From IMG/VR virus record IMGVR_UViG_3300042301_003793: a stretch of 64,000 bases of DNA. One strand, written 5' to 3'. The notes beneath the pieces are model-generated. The model was not told the origin of the DNA, did not search any database, and saw only the letters and a list, made by a program, of their open reading frames with translations. The stretch comes from a virus. Shown here piece after piece: positions 10,065 through 20,707 of the stretch (positions are counted from its first letter, which is position 1; every line of letters begins with the position of its first letter). Both the position numbers and the translations under genes were made by a program.

Positions 10065-10624
10065 GTGATAATATAGAAAATTTGTTTGACGATTCAATCG
10101 CAGATATTGATTACAATAAAATATTAAATGAATTTGGAATAGACGTTGAAACCCTTGAAAAAGAACTTGGTGTTTATCAACCGACAATAGATTTAAAATT
10201 TTCAAAAGAAAACAATGGAGTATTAACGCCAGAATACGCATATCCATCAGATTCTGGATTTGATTTATATTCAACAGAAGAATTAACAATTGAACCATTT
10301 GGAAGAGTATTAGTACCGACCGGATTACGAGTTGATATACCAGAAAATTATGAAATCCAAGTTAGATCAAAAAGTGGTTTGGCACTTAAACAAGGATTGA
10401 TGGTTTTAAATTCACCAGGTACTGTTGACCAGGGATATACAGGTGAAATTAAAGTTATACTTTTTAACACAACAAATAGTAATGTAAAAATATTAAAAGG
10501 ACAAAAGGTCGCACAAGCTGTTTTATGTCCTGTTGTTAGCGGAAGGTGGGTTAGATTAAAAGAAATTAAAAACGTAGAAGACAAAGATAGGTCTGATAAA
10601 GGATTTGGAAGTACAGGAATATGA
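10061..10624 (+). CDS. dut: Trimeric dUTPase
   Basis: Motifs DSGFDL, QVRSKSGLA, GTVDQGYTGEIKV, KVAQAV, RSDKGFGSTG. Confidence 0.95.
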   Translation: MSDNIENLFDDSIADIDYNKILNEFGIDVETLEKELGVYQPTIDLKFSKENNGVLTPEYAYPSDSGFDLYSTEELTIEPFGRVLVPTGLRVDIPENYEIQVRSKSGLALKQGLMVLNSPGTVDQGYTGEIKVILFNTTNSNVKILKGQKVAQAVLCPVVSGRWVRLKEIKNVEDKDRSDKGFGSTGI

Positions 10625-12144
10625 TTACAATAGGATATTCAACAAGACAACATAACCCAACTTTAATAGAATATTATAAAAAAGCTTGTGGTGGTGGAAA
10701 GAAAATTGAGGTTATTGAAAAAGTTAATAACGGTGAAAAAGGACTTGCTCAAGTTTACAACGAAATATTAAATGAAGCTCAAAATAATATTGTGGTTTTT
10801 TGTCACGATGATATTGAGTTTGATACAAATAATTGGGGTGAAAAATTATTAAAGCTTTTTAATAAAAATCCAGAGTTTGGTATAATTGGAATTGCTGGGA
10901 CAACAGATTTAATTGATGGTCGTTGGTGGACACTAAAAGAATCAATGACTGGTATTGTTTCACACAAACACGAAGGTAAAAAATGGACAAATACTTATTC
11001 ACAAGACCAGGGAAACAAACTAAAAGAAGTTGTTGTTCTTGATGGATTATTTTTTGCTGTTGATAAGACAAGAATCCAAAGGGGATTTGATGACTCATTT
11101 GAAGGTTTCCATTTTTATGAAATTCCTTTTTGTCTTGAAAACTATTTGAATGGTGTTAAACTTGCTGTTACAACACAAATTCGTGTGACGCATATGTCTA
11201 TTGGTCAAACAAATGAACAATGGGAAAAAAATAAAATTAAGTTCGAAGAAAAGTATAAAGAAGCTATACCAATTAGATTAACAAATAATAAAACTTTGGA
11301 AGAAAAGATGGTCCTTGATATATCTAAAGTTGGTATTGGTATGACCACATATAAAGCCGAACATAGAATAAAACAATCGGCATTTACGGTACCAAAATGG
11401 ATGAAGAATTTTGTAATTGTAAACGATGGTACACCATACGATAGCTCTTCATATCCAGAACAAGCACACATCATACAACACGAAAAAAACCAGTGTGTTG
11501 GTGCGGCAAAAAATACCGCAATGAAATATCTTTTAGAACAAGGATGTGAACACATATTTTTAATGGAAGATGATATTTTAATTAAAGATGAAAAAGTTTT
11601 TGAAGAATATATTAGACATTCAGTTTTATCTGGTATAAAACATTTAAATTTTGCATTACACGGACCAGCAAATAAAAAAGGATCAACTGGTTTTACAACA
11701 CTTGAAGATAGACAAGATGTTGATGGTGAACCAAACCCAAGAATGATTATGCCTTATCCAGAAGGAATTAAAATTGTTCTTTATCCAAACTGTGTTGGTG
11801 CTTTTTCATATTACCACAAATCGGTTTTAGACAAGATTGGTTTATTTGATCCAGTATTTAAAAATGCTTGGGAACACGTAGAACACACTTACCAAGCAAT
11901 TAAAAATAAATTCCATCCTCCTTTCTGGTATTTTGCCGACATTGAAAATAGTTGGAAGTTTTTAACCGACATTCCAAATTCAATACAGGAAAGTACAATT
12001 GCCAGAACACCAGAATGGAATGAAAATTTTAGAGTTGGTACAGAACACTATAAGAAAAAACACGGTATGGCACCAACAGAAACACCAGTTGTTCATCCAC
12101 AAGTTGTTTACAACACAATAAATTATTTATACTCAACAAGATAA
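10621..12144 (+). CDS. Two-domain GT-A fold glycosyltransferase
   Basis: N-terminal domain VVFCHDD...VVVLDGLFFA; second GT2-like domain IVNDGT...GAAKNTAM...FLMEDD. Confidence 0.8.
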   Translation: MITIGYSTRQHNPTLIEYYKKACGGGKKIEVIEKVNNGEKGLAQVYNEILNEAQNNIVVFCHDDIEFDTNNWGEKLLKLFNKNPEFGIIGIAGTTDLIDGRWWTLKESMTGIVSHKHEGKKWTNTYSQDQGNKLKEVVVLDGLFFAVDKTRIQRGFDDSFEGFHFYEIPFCLENYLNGVKLAVTTQIRVTHMSIGQTNEQWEKNKIKFEEKYKEAIPIRLTNNKTLEEKMVLDISKVGIGMTTYKAEHRIKQSAFTVPKWMKNFVIVNDGTPYDSSSYPEQAHIIQHEKNQCVGAAKNTAMKYLLEQGCEHIFLMEDDILIKDEKVFEEYIRHSVLSGIKHLNFALHGPANKKGSTGFTTLEDRQDVDGEPNPRMIMPYPEGIKIVLYPNCVGAFSYYHKSVLDKIGLFDPVFKNAWEHVEHTYQAIKNKFHPPFWYFADIENSWKFLTDIPNSIQESTIARTPEWNENFRVGTEHYKKKHGMAPTETPVVHPQVVYNTINYLYSTR

Positions 12145-12145
12145 T

Positions 12146-12907
12146 ATGATAGATTTTAAAGACGTAACTTTCATTATCCCAGTAAGGTTTGATAGTGAAG
12201 ATAGAAAAAGAAATTTTAGAATTACAATTGCATTTCTAGAAAAACATTTTGATACCAACATAATTGTTATGGAGTCAGACAAGACTTCAAATGAAGAATT
12301 TGTTAAATCAATATCAGAAAAATTAACTTATGTTTTTGAAAAAAATGATAGTCATTTATTTCATAGAACAAAAATGTTAAATGATATGACCAAGATGTCT
12401 AAAACAAATTTTGTTGTAAACTACGATATTGATGTTTTATTTAAACCAGAACAGTACGTTGCATCTAGATTTGCCTTGGGTACTGGTGCTGATTTTGTTT
12501 TTCCGTATGCTGGTAAATTCTATGATATACCACCAACATATTTTGATAATATATCAAATAACGAATTTGATAAGATTAGTTTAGACTCTTGTACATTATT
12601 TAATCCAAATTCATTGGGTGGTGCAATATTCTTTAAAAAAGACTCTTACACTAAAATTGGTTTGGAAAATGAAAACTTTGTTTCCTGGGGTCACGAAGAC
12701 TGGGAAAGAATTGGAAGAATAGAAAAAATGGGTCATAAAATTTATCGAATAGATGGTGTATTATATCATTTAACACACCAAAGAACACATAACAGTTCTG
12801 ATGCAAACCCTATGTATAACCATAATGGAAATGAATATAGAAAAGTTATGTCGATGAATAGAGAACAATTAGTGGAACACATAAAAACTTGGGATTGGAT
12901 TAAATGA
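12146..12907 (+). CDS. GT-A fold glycosyltransferase (GT2/galactosyltransferase-like)
   Basis: TFIIPVR, NYDIDV (DxD), LGGAIFF...ENENFVSWGHED C-terminal motif. Confidence 0.8.
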   Translation: MIDFKDVTFIIPVRFDSEDRKRNFRITIAFLEKHFDTNIIVMESDKTSNEEFVKSISEKLTYVFEKNDSHLFHRTKMLNDMTKMSKTNFVVNYDIDVLFKPEQYVASRFALGTGADFVFPYAGKFYDIPPTYFDNISNNEFDKISLDSCTLFNPNSLGGAIFFKKDSYTKIGLENENFVSWGHEDWERIGRIEKMGHKIYRIDGVLYHLTHQRTHNSSDANPMYNHNGNEYRKVMSMNREQLVEHIKTWDWIK

Positions 12908-13671
12908 TTGGCGTTAATTTAGCTGGAGGTTTAGGGAACTACTTGTTTCAAATATCAGCGGCATACAGTTTTGCTCTTGATAACAATGACAGTTTAGTGG
13001 TTGATGAAAGTAAAATTGTAACAGTTCATAAACACATGTCAACCTACAAAACTAATATTTTTAGAAATTTAAACTATGGTTTAGTTTTTTATGAAAACCA
13101 ATATCAAGAACCATTTTTTCATTATAAAAAAATTCCGAACTTAAAAAATTTATTTATAAATGGGTATTTTCAGAGTGAAAAATATTTTTTAAAATACCGT
13201 GAAGAATTATTAAAATTATTTTCAATTGATGATTTTAATAAAAGTTTACTTGAAAAAAAATATGGTCATATTGATTTTGAGGATTCCTGTTCTATTCACG
13301 TTCGTCGAGGTGATTATTTAAAATATGCAAATATACACCCAACTTTAACACCAGAGTACTACCAAAAATGTATTAGTGAAACTACATCTAAAAACATATT
13401 AATTTTTTCTGATGATATTTTGTGGTGTAAAGAAAATTTAATTTTCCAGGATAAAAATGTAATTTTTATTGAGGGGAATACAGACTATAATGATTTATGG
13501 TTAATGTCTATGTGTCGTGAAAATGTTATTGCAAATTCTACATTTTCTTGGTGGGGCGCTTGGTTAAATAATAACAAAAACAAAAAAGTGTTTGCACCAA
13601 AAATTTGGTTTGGTGCGCATTCAAAACACATTACAGATGATTTAATACCAAAAGAATGGAAAAAAATATAA
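12904..13671 (+). CDS. GT11 alpha-1,2-fucosyl/colitosyltransferase
   Basis: GGLGNYLFQ, GYFQSEKYF, HVRRGDY, IFSDD, IANSTFSWWGAWL: all hallmark GT11 motifs. Confidence 0.92.
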   Translation: MIGVNLAGGLGNYLFQISAAYSFALDNNDSLVVDESKIVTVHKHMSTYKTNIFRNLNYGLVFYENQYQEPFFHYKKIPNLKNLFINGYFQSEKYFLKYREELLKLFSIDDFNKSLLEKKYGHIDFEDSCSIHVRRGDYLKYANIHPTLTPEYYQKCISETTSKNILIFSDDILWCKENLIFQDKNVIFIEGNTDYNDLWLMSMCRENVIANSTFSWWGAWLNNNKNKKVFAPKIWFGAHSKHITDDLIPKEWKKI

Positions 13672-14414
13672 AAGCGACAACGTTGGGTACTTTACACAAA
13701 GAACTTTTTTTTAATAAAAAAGTTTCAATAGCTTTTGATTTACCAACAACTATAGTCGATGCCGACTTTAAGGTTCTGGTACAGATAGAACCACCATCAA
13801 TTAAAGACATAGTACAAATGATTATATATAGTCAAAATAAATTTGATATAATTTTTGCTTGGAATAATGACATACTTAATAAATGTCCGAATAGTGTTTT
13901 ATTCCCTTTTGGGTCTTGTTGGATTAATGAAGAAGACCAAAAAATAAATGAAAAGACAAAAGAAATTTCAATTATAGCCTCACCCGCAAGCAGAACAGTT
14001 GGTCATAAATTAAGACACGACATTATACAAAGTAATATTATGGAATTGGATTTATTTGGTGGTGGTTATAATCCGATTGAAAATAAAATTACTGCACTTA
14101 AAGATTACAGGTTCTCAATCATTATTGAAAATGAAAAAATAGACAACTGGTTTACAGAAAAAATTATAGATTGTCTTATGACCGGAACAATTCCTATTTA
14201 TTGGGGATGTCCAAATATTGGTAATTATTTTGATACTAGGGGTTTTATAATTGTAGATTCCATTGAGGAGTTAATATCTAAAAAAAATATGTTAAACGAA
14301 ACTACATATTCTGAAATGTTACCCTATATTAAAATTAACTTTGAATTGGCAAAAAAATATACGGATTTTTGGTCAAGAATAGAAGAAGAAATAAATAAAA
14401 AATTAAACGCATGA
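13656..14414 (+). CDS. GT10-like (alpha-1,3/4-fucosyltransferase-like) protein
   Basis: YRFSIIIENEKIDNWFTEKIIDCLMTGTIPIYWG matches the GT10 signature. Confidence 0.8.
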   Translation: MEKNIKATTLGTLHKELFFNKKVSIAFDLPTTIVDADFKVLVQIEPPSIKDIVQMIIYSQNKFDIIFAWNNDILNKCPNSVLFPFGSCWINEEDQKINEKTKEISIIASPASRTVGHKLRHDIIQSNIMELDLFGGGYNPIENKITALKDYRFSIIIENEKIDNWFTEKIIDCLMTGTIPIYWGCPNIGNYFDTRGFIIVDSIEELISKKNMLNETTYSEMLPYIKINFELAKKYTDFWSRIEEEINKKLNA

Positions 14415-15100
14415 AATTTTCAATTGTAATACCAACATACGAATATAATGGGTTAGCAACTAAATTGTTAGATAAATTACTAGAAAGTATTAATCAACAA
14501 ACTTTTAATGATTTTGAAATTATTGTCGTGGATCATAGTTTAGATGATGTTATAGAAAAGTATTTAGAGAGTTACCCAAACTTAAAAATAAAGTACATAA
14601 AAAACAACATTGGTAGAGGTAACTCATCTATTAATATGAACGTTGGAATTAAAAATTCTCTTGGTGAGTTTATCAAAGTAATGCATATGGATGATTGGTT
14701 TTGTAATCCTAAAACTTTAGAGTTAATAAATAATGCAATTAATGAAAACACATTAAAAAAATGGGGTGGTGTTGGTTTTAATCATTTTTACGAAAACTTA
14801 CAGACAACTGATAGACCAATTTTACCATATATTGATTCAAATATTAGAACATTAATTGGCTGTCCAAGCGTTTCTTTTTTTATTAACGATAAAGAATCTT
14901 TAAATCTTTTTGACGAAAACTTAATCATAATTAATGATTCAGATATGCACATAAGATTAGGTAAAAAATATGGTGAACCAATTTTTATTAACGAATATTG
15001 TGTGACGGTAAGAATGTCAGATAATCAAGTTTCTAATTTAGTTTCACACGAAAAACACACAAATGAAATAAACTATTATAAAACAAAAAACTTCTTATGA
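14411..15100 (+). CDS. GT2 glycosyltransferase
   Basis: FSIVIPTYE, SINQQTFNDFEIIVVD, NMNVGI, VMHMDD. Confidence 0.85.
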   Translation: MKFSIVIPTYEYNGLATKLLDKLLESINQQTFNDFEIIVVDHSLDDVIEKYLESYPNLKIKYIKNNIGRGNSSINMNVGIKNSLGEFIKVMHMDDWFCNPKTLELINNAINENTLKKWGGVGFNHFYENLQTTDRPILPYIDSNIRTLIGCPSVSFFINDKESLNLFDENLIIINDSDMHIRLGKKYGEPIFINEYCVTVRMSDNQVSNLVSHEKHTNEINYYKTKNFL

Positions 15101-15777
15101 ATTTACTATCAGAAATCGCAAATAAATATGCGTCAGATAAAGGTACTATTGCACCATCGGTTGGGCATCACGGACCAAGACTCCATTTTACCTCCGTTTA
15201 CGGTGAATATATGGAAAAAATTAGATTTGAAAAACTTAACATTTTAGAAATCGGTGTTGGTTCAGGACCATCACTAAGAATGTGGTATGATTATTTCCCA
15301 AATTCAACTATCCATGCAATTGATGTTGTAAACCAAAATGATAAAAATAATGAAAGAGTAACAACTTATGTTTGTGATCAATCAAGTAGAGCTGAATTAG
15401 ATGAATTAGCATCAAGAATTGGCGGGTTTGATATTATCATAGATGATGGTTCACACGTTATTTCACACCAACAAATTTCACTTGGTACTTTATTTAAATA
15501 TCTTAAAGAAGGTGGACAGTATTGGGTTGAGGATTTACATACTTCTGACTCTGAAGTATGGCAAGGAAAAAATCTATATGGTTACGATATGTCTTTTAAA
15601 GAAGGTGAAGATAGTGTTTCTGTTTTAGAATCTTTTATTGGGACAAAAAAATTTAATAGTCCATTTTTAAATGAAAACGAAAATCAATACTTAACAGATA
15701 ACGTAAAAGAATGTAAAATGTTTGAATTACCGAAAACAATGTGGGGTATAAATAAATTATGTTTATTGACAAAATGA
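15097..15777 (+). CDS. Class I SAM-dependent sugar O-methyltransferase (MycE/TylE-like)
   Basis: ILEIGVGSGPSLRMW..YFP, DQS, FDIIIDDGSH, GGQYWVEDLHTS. Confidence 0.75.
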   Translation: MNLLSEIANKYASDKGTIAPSVGHHGPRLHFTSVYGEYMEKIRFEKLNILEIGVGSGPSLRMWYDYFPNSTIHAIDVVNQNDKNNERVTTYVCDQSSRAELDELASRIGGFDIIIDDGSHVISHQQISLGTLFKYLKEGGQYWVEDLHTSDSEVWQGKNLYGYDMSFKEGEDSVSVLESFIGTKKFNSPFLNENENQYLTDNVKECKMFELPKTMWGINKLCLLTK

Positions 15778-16436
15778 AAAAATATTGTGGTGATTTGATT
15801 TGCACTGACGCAAACACTGATTTTATGATCAAGGATGATTTTATGGTTTCATACAATGAAGTTGTAAACACAGATACTAAAGGTTATTTGGGTAATTACG
15901 ATATTAGATGGAGAATACACACAATTCTCTGGGCTGCTCACACCGTTAAAGATTTAGAAGGTGATTTTGTTGATTGTGGTGGTGGATTTGGATTTTTTAT
16001 GTCGTCAATATATAAGTACTTGGATTTTGAGAATATAAGTAAACAGTATTTTATGTTTGATAGTTTTAAAGGAACAAGTCCTGAATACGATAACACTAAT
16101 CATTTTTCTAAATATGGAAGTTGGTATGATGATGTTGTTAGAAATCATAGTAATAAAAAAAATCTATCAATTATTGAGGGGTATTTACCAAGCACACTTA
16201 AAACGGTAGACATTAAAAAGATTTGTTTTTTGAGTGTTGATTTAAATTCGTATAAACCGGAGATTGAGTGTATGGAAGTACTTTGGGATAAAATAGTGCC
16301 CGGTGGTATTATTGTTTTGGATGACTATGGGTTTCCAGGTTGTGAATCACAACTTTATCACCATAATGAATTTATAGAGAAAAAAAATAAAAAAATATTA
16401 ACATTACCTACGGGCCAAGGTTTAATTATTAAATAA
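15774..16436 (+). CDS. TylF/MycF/NovP-family sugar O-methyltransferase
   Basis: LEGDFVDCG, FDSFKG, LSVDLNSY, GGIIVLDDYG; start taken at MKKYCG. Confidence 0.85.
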   Translation: MKKYCGDLICTDANTDFMIKDDFMVSYNEVVNTDTKGYLGNYDIRWRIHTILWAAHTVKDLEGDFVDCGGGFGFFMSSIYKYLDFENISKQYFMFDSFKGTSPEYDNTNHFSKYGSWYDDVVRNHSNKKNLSIIEGYLPSTLKTVDIKKICFLSVDLNSYKPEIECMEVLWDKIVPGGIIVLDDYGFPGCESQLYHHNEFIEKKNKKILTLPTGQGLIIK

Positions 16437-16438
16437 AA

Positions 16439-16963
16439 ATGATAGTAGGAGAATACACATACGGACAACAAAATATTAAAAAAATTTTTGTAAATGAGTT
16501 TCCTAACGTAAATTTAATAATTGGTAAATTTTGTAGTATTGCTTCAAATGTTAGTGTATATTACGGACATGGTTACCACGATTCAAATAATGTATCAACC
16601 TACCCTTTTGGGTATGTTCATAATAATATTTTTTTATCTAACAAATTAAACAACGGTAAAACAAATGGTGATATAATTATCGGCAATGATGTGTGGATAG
16701 GAGATAACGTTACCATAATGAGTGGTTGTAAGATTGGGGATGGTTCAGTTTTAGCAACTAATTCTCATGTTGTTAATAATGTTCCGCCTTATTCTATATA
16801 TGGTGGTAATCCCGCTAAATTAATTAAGTATCGTTTTGATGAGGATACTATTGAAAAACTGATGTTAATAAAATGGTGGAATTGGGATTTGGAAAAAATT
16901 AAACAAAATCTTCATTTATTAAATAATAATAATATAAATAAATTTATTGAGTCACATTTATGA
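16439..16963 (+). CDS. Hexapeptide-repeat O-acetyltransferase (CatB/Vat-related)
   Basis: IGKFCSIA, STYPF, IIIGNDVWIG, GGNPAKLIKYRF, KWWNW. Confidence 0.88.
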   Translation: MIVGEYTYGQQNIKKIFVNEFPNVNLIIGKFCSIASNVSVYYGHGYHDSNNVSTYPFGYVHNNIFLSNKLNNGKTNGDIIIGNDVWIGDNVTIMSGCKIGDGSVLATNSHVVNNVPPYSIYGGNPAKLIKYRFDEDTIEKLMLIKWWNWDLEKIKQNLHLLNNNNINKFIESHL

Positions 16964-17895
16964 AAATATTAATAACTGGTGGTGCTGGTTTTATTGGTAC
17001 CAAAATTTGTAATAAATTAAAAGAAAGTTTTGAAATAATTGTTTTAGATAATTTTTCAGAACAGGTACACGGTAATGAAAAACCAAAGTTACTTGAAGGT
17101 GTTGAATACGTTTTTGGCGATGTTACAAATATTGATGACTGGAAAAAGGTTATATCAAAAAACCCAGACTATATTATTCATCTGGCGGCAGAAACTGGTA
17201 CTGGACAATCTATGGATGAAATCACTAGATATGTTAATACCAATGTTGTAGGAACTTCAGTTATGTTAGAATTTTTAAACAAAAATGAAAATAATGTAAA
17301 AAAAATAATTCTATCATCAACAAGGGCAGTTTATGGTGATTTGGAAAATAACTCTGAAACATCAATAGTCGACCCAAAATCTGTTTATGCTGTAACAAAA
17401 CTTGCTCAAGAAAACTTAATAAAAACATCAAGTAAAGTTCCTTATACAATTTTAAGATATCAAAATGTTTTTGGTGATGGGCAAAGTTTAAATAACCCGT
17501 ACACTGGTATCATAAGTATTTTTAGTAATTTATTTTTAGAGAATAAATCGGTTACGATATTTGATAATGGAATACCGACAAGAGATTTTATTTATGTTGA
17601 GGATGTTGTAGATGTAACAATAAAATGTTTAGAAAACACCTCAACTAATTATAAAACATATGACGTTGGTACTGGGACTGAAATAAAAATTTTAGATGTT
17701 ACACATAAACTAAAAAAATTGTCTAATAGTACATCTGAAATTATAATAACTGATTACCATAGAGATGGTGATATAATGTTTGCTAAAGCTAACACAACAA
17801 AAATAAAAACTGATTTAAATTGGGAACCAAAATTTACAATTGAAGATGGGTTAAAATTTTTTTATAATTGGTTTAAAGCGGAAAAAAATTTATGA
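16960..17895 (+). CDS. NAD-dependent nucleotide-sugar epimerase/dehydratase
   Basis: ITGGAGFIG, HLAA, YAVTK (YxxxK), LRYQNVFG, RDFIYV. Confidence 0.88.
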   Translation: MKILITGGAGFIGTKICNKLKESFEIIVLDNFSEQVHGNEKPKLLEGVEYVFGDVTNIDDWKKVISKNPDYIIHLAAETGTGQSMDEITRYVNTNVVGTSVMLEFLNKNENNVKKIILSSTRAVYGDLENNSETSIVDPKSVYAVTKLAQENLIKTSSKVPYTILRYQNVFGDGQSLNNPYTGIISIFSNLFLENKSVTIFDNGIPTRDFIYVEDVVDVTIKCLENTSTNYKTYDVGTGTEIKILDVTHKLKKLSNSTSEIIITDYHRDGDIMFAKANTTKIKTDLNWEPKFTIEDGLKFFYNWFKAEKNL

Positions 17896-18800
17896 AAATA
17901 TTAATAACTGGTGGTAGTGGTTTAGTTGGTAACAACTTAAAAAAATATCTCCCAGATGGTATTTATCTTTCCTCAAAAGATTATGATTTAACAAAAGAAT
18001 CGGATGTAATTAGTATGTTTGAAAATCATAAACCAAATGTTGTAATTCATTTAGCGGCAAAGGTTGGTGGTATTTTAGACAACATAAATAAACCAGCAGA
18101 ATATTTTACAGAAAATGTTTTAATGAATACTTTATTAATTGAGTATGCAAGAAAATATAATGTAGACAGATTTATTGGGATTTTGAGTACTTGTATCTTT
18201 CCAGATATTATGGAATCCTACCCGATGAAAGAAACAGATTTACACTTTGGCCCACCAACAAGTACTAATTTTTCATATGGGTATGCAAAAAGAAGTATGG
18301 CAGTACAAATAGATGCGTACAACAAACAATATGGTACAAAATATCAATACTTAATTCCTTGTAATTTATATGGGTTAGGTGATAAAGACCACGAATCTAA
18401 TAGTCATTTTATTACAGCATTGGTTAAAAAAATTTTTATAGCAAAACAAAATAATGAAAAACATATAACCTTATTTGGTGATGGTACACCATTAAGACAG
18501 TTTATGTTTGCCGATGATTTTGCAAAAATAATATATGAAGTAATTACCAAAAATATTTATGAAAATTTTAATATTGCCGGTAATGAAAATTTAACAATAA
18601 AAAAAATGGCTGAAATTGCTTTAGACTCTTGTGATGCCAAAGATTTGGAAATAAGGTGGGATTTAACAAAACCAAATGGTCAATATAGAAAGGATGTTTG
18701 TACAAATAAATTAAAATCTTTACTAGCAGAATTTGAACCATTATCCTTATCTCAAGGAATAAAATTAGTTTATAAAAGTTATTATGATAAAGTTAGTTAA
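17892..18800 (+). CDS. fcl: GDP-L-fucose synthase-family epimerase/reductase (ColC role likely in this context)
   Basis: ITGGSGLVG, HLAAKVGGI, STCIFP, YGYAKR, PCNLYG, SHFITAL, GDGTPLRQF. Confidence 0.88.
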   Translation: MKILITGGSGLVGNNLKKYLPDGIYLSSKDYDLTKESDVISMFENHKPNVVIHLAAKVGGILDNINKPAEYFTENVLMNTLLIEYARKYNVDRFIGILSTCIFPDIMESYPMKETDLHFGPPTSTNFSYGYAKRSMAVQIDAYNKQYGTKYQYLIPCNLYGLGDKDHESNSHFITALVKKIFIAKQNNEKHITLFGDGTPLRQFMFADDFAKIIYEVITKNIYENFNIAGNENLTIKKMAEIALDSCDAKDLEIRWDLTKPNGQYRKDVCTNKLKSLLAEFEPLSLSQGIKLVYKSYYDKVS

Positions 18801-19935
18801 CGACACAATAAATAAAGAAGATATTAATGCTCTAGTTGAATGGTTATCTCAAGATGAAATACCTAGATTAACTAAGGGTGATTTAACATTAAAGTTGGAG
18901 GATTTATGGGCGAAAAAAATTGGAACAAAATATTCTGTATTTGTTAATTCTGGATCTTCCTCAATACTTCTTGCCCTTGCCGCACTTAAGTATTCAAATA
19001 AATTAAAGAATGAAAAAGTTGTTGTTCCAGGTTTGAGTTGGGCAACAGATGTTAGTTCACCAATGTTACTTGGTATGCAACCAATTATGTGTGATTGTAA
19101 TTTAGATGATTTATCTTGTGATTTAGAAAATCTAGAACAAATCTTTAAAACAGAATCACCATCGACACTAATATTAGTGTCGCCATTAGGGTTAGTACCA
19201 GATATGGAAAAAATAGTTTCAATGTGTGAAAAATATGATGTTATATTATTGGAAGATGTTTGTGAAAGCATGGGATCTAAACACAAAGAAAGATATTTAG
19301 GTTCTTTTGGTTTTGCATCATTTTTTTCAATGTATTTTGGTCACCATTTAAGTACTATTGAAGGTGGGTTTATCAACACAAATGATGAAGATTTTTACCA
19401 CACATTACTAATGATGAGAAGTCACGGTTGGGATAGAGATTTACCAAAAGAAAAACAAATCGAATTAAGACAAAAATATAATGTGGATGATTTTGATTCT
19501 TTGTATAATTTTTATTTACCAGGTTTTAATTTGAGGTCAACAGACTTACAAGCGTTTATTGGTTTAAGAGCTATTGAAAAATTGGATGGGTATTCAAAAA
19601 GAAGAAATCAAAACTTTTTTGAGTATAGAAATAATATTAAAATAAACGAACTTACAATACCAATTAATGAAACTAATTTTATATCAAATTTTGCATATCC
19701 AATTGTATCATTAAATAAAAAAGAAATTGTTAGTAGGTTAATTGAAAATGGTGTTGAGGTACGTCCTTTGATTGCTGGTAATATGTCAAATAAACCTATG
19801 TGGTATGAAAACTATGGGCTTGTTAGTTTACCAAATTGTGAAAAAGTAAATGAGTATGGTTTTTATATTCCAAACCACCAAAATCTTACATCAGAAGAAA
19901 TAAACTTTATTTGTAAAATAATTAATAATGCATAG
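18784..19935 (+). CDS. colD: ColD-like GDP-4-keto-6-deoxy-D-mannose 3-dehydratase (PLP-dependent, DegT/DnrJ fold)
   Basis: EDVCESMG, SMYFGHHLSTIEGG (His at the position of the Schiff-base Lys of aminotransferases), HGWDRDLP, FYLPGFNLR; lacks the Cys cluster of E1/RfbH. Confidence 0.8.
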   Translation: MIKLVNDTINKEDINALVEWLSQDEIPRLTKGDLTLKLEDLWAKKIGTKYSVFVNSGSSSILLALAALKYSNKLKNEKVVVPGLSWATDVSSPMLLGMQPIMCDCNLDDLSCDLENLEQIFKTESPSTLILVSPLGLVPDMEKIVSMCEKYDVILLEDVCESMGSKHKERYLGSFGFASFFSMYFGHHLSTIEGGFINTNDEDFYHTLLMMRSHGWDRDLPKEKQIELRQKYNVDDFDSLYNFYLPGFNLRSTDLQAFIGLRAIEKLDGYSKRRNQNFFEYRNNIKINELTIPINETNFISNFAYPIVSLNKKEIVSRLIENGVEVRPLIAGNMSNKPMWYENYGLVSLPNCEKVNEYGFYIPNHQNLTSEEINFICKIINNA

Positions 19936-20707
19936 ATTATATAAACCCGCCAGGTCTAAAGAGGCAAACAGAGGTTTATTTTCATATCTAACAGAATCTG
20001 TGTTAAATATGGTAAACTTTATTAAGTTAAATGGGGACGTTGATATAAAATATTATCACGATTTGTTTGATATACCGGGTTACGGAAATAAAAATATGTT
20101 TGACATCTCTTTATTTCAAGACGAAAATGATTTTAAAGTAAATAATCATCTTTACACAAATATAGAATTGTTTCCAAACGATTTAAACCTTGATTGTTAT
20201 AATGTAGAAAACCTTAATCAGGATATTAGATTGATAAGTGAAAAAATAATCAAAGATTTTTTTATACCTAATGAAACTTTAAATGAATTATTTAATAAAA
20301 GACATAGTCAAATTAACTTTAATACAACCGTTGGGGTTCATAGGAGATCAACAGATATTTGGAGTCACTATAAAATTGTAAACATAGAAGATATTTTTAA
20401 TGAGGTTGAGTCTAATGAATTTGATAATGTTTTTTTAATGTGTGATAACATTTATGACACCAATAAATTTAAACTAAGATATGGGAATAAGCTAATAACT
20501 TATGATATGTTTACTTCCAAAAATATGATTTTACCTTTTTTTAAAATAAATAACCCAATTGAAGATATCCATAATCATATTATGGAGTTACTATTCGGAG
20601 TTTTTACGTTATCTAAAACAAAAAATTTTATATGCACAAAATCTAACATTTCTTCTTTTTGTATTTTATCTAATTCTAAATTAAACTATAAATTACTTAC
20701 TAAATGA
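19928..20707 (+). CDS. O-fucosyltransferase-like protein (NodZ/GT23-like)
   Basis: N-terminal RGLFS, VGVHRRSTD, VFLMCD, FICTKSNIS fit the fucosyltransferase motif I-III layout. Confidence 0.6.
   Translation: MHRLYKPARSKEANRGLFSYLTESVLNMVNFIKLNGDVDIKYYHDLFDIPGYGNKNMFDISLFQDENDFKVNNHLYTNIELFPNDLNLDCYNVENLNQDIRLISEKIIKDFFIPNETLNELFNKRHSQINFNTTVGVHRRSTDIWSHYKIVNIEDIFNEVESNEFDNVFLMCDNIYDTNKFKLRYGNKLITYDMFTSKNMILPFFKINNPIEDIHNHIMELLFGVFTLSKTKNFICTKSNISSFCILSNSKLNYKLLTK

Noticed and set aside
18784-19935. Perosamine synthase/aminotransferase or E1 (RfbH)
   Set aside because: His replaces the Schiff-base Lys, and the Fe-S Cys motif of E1 is missing.
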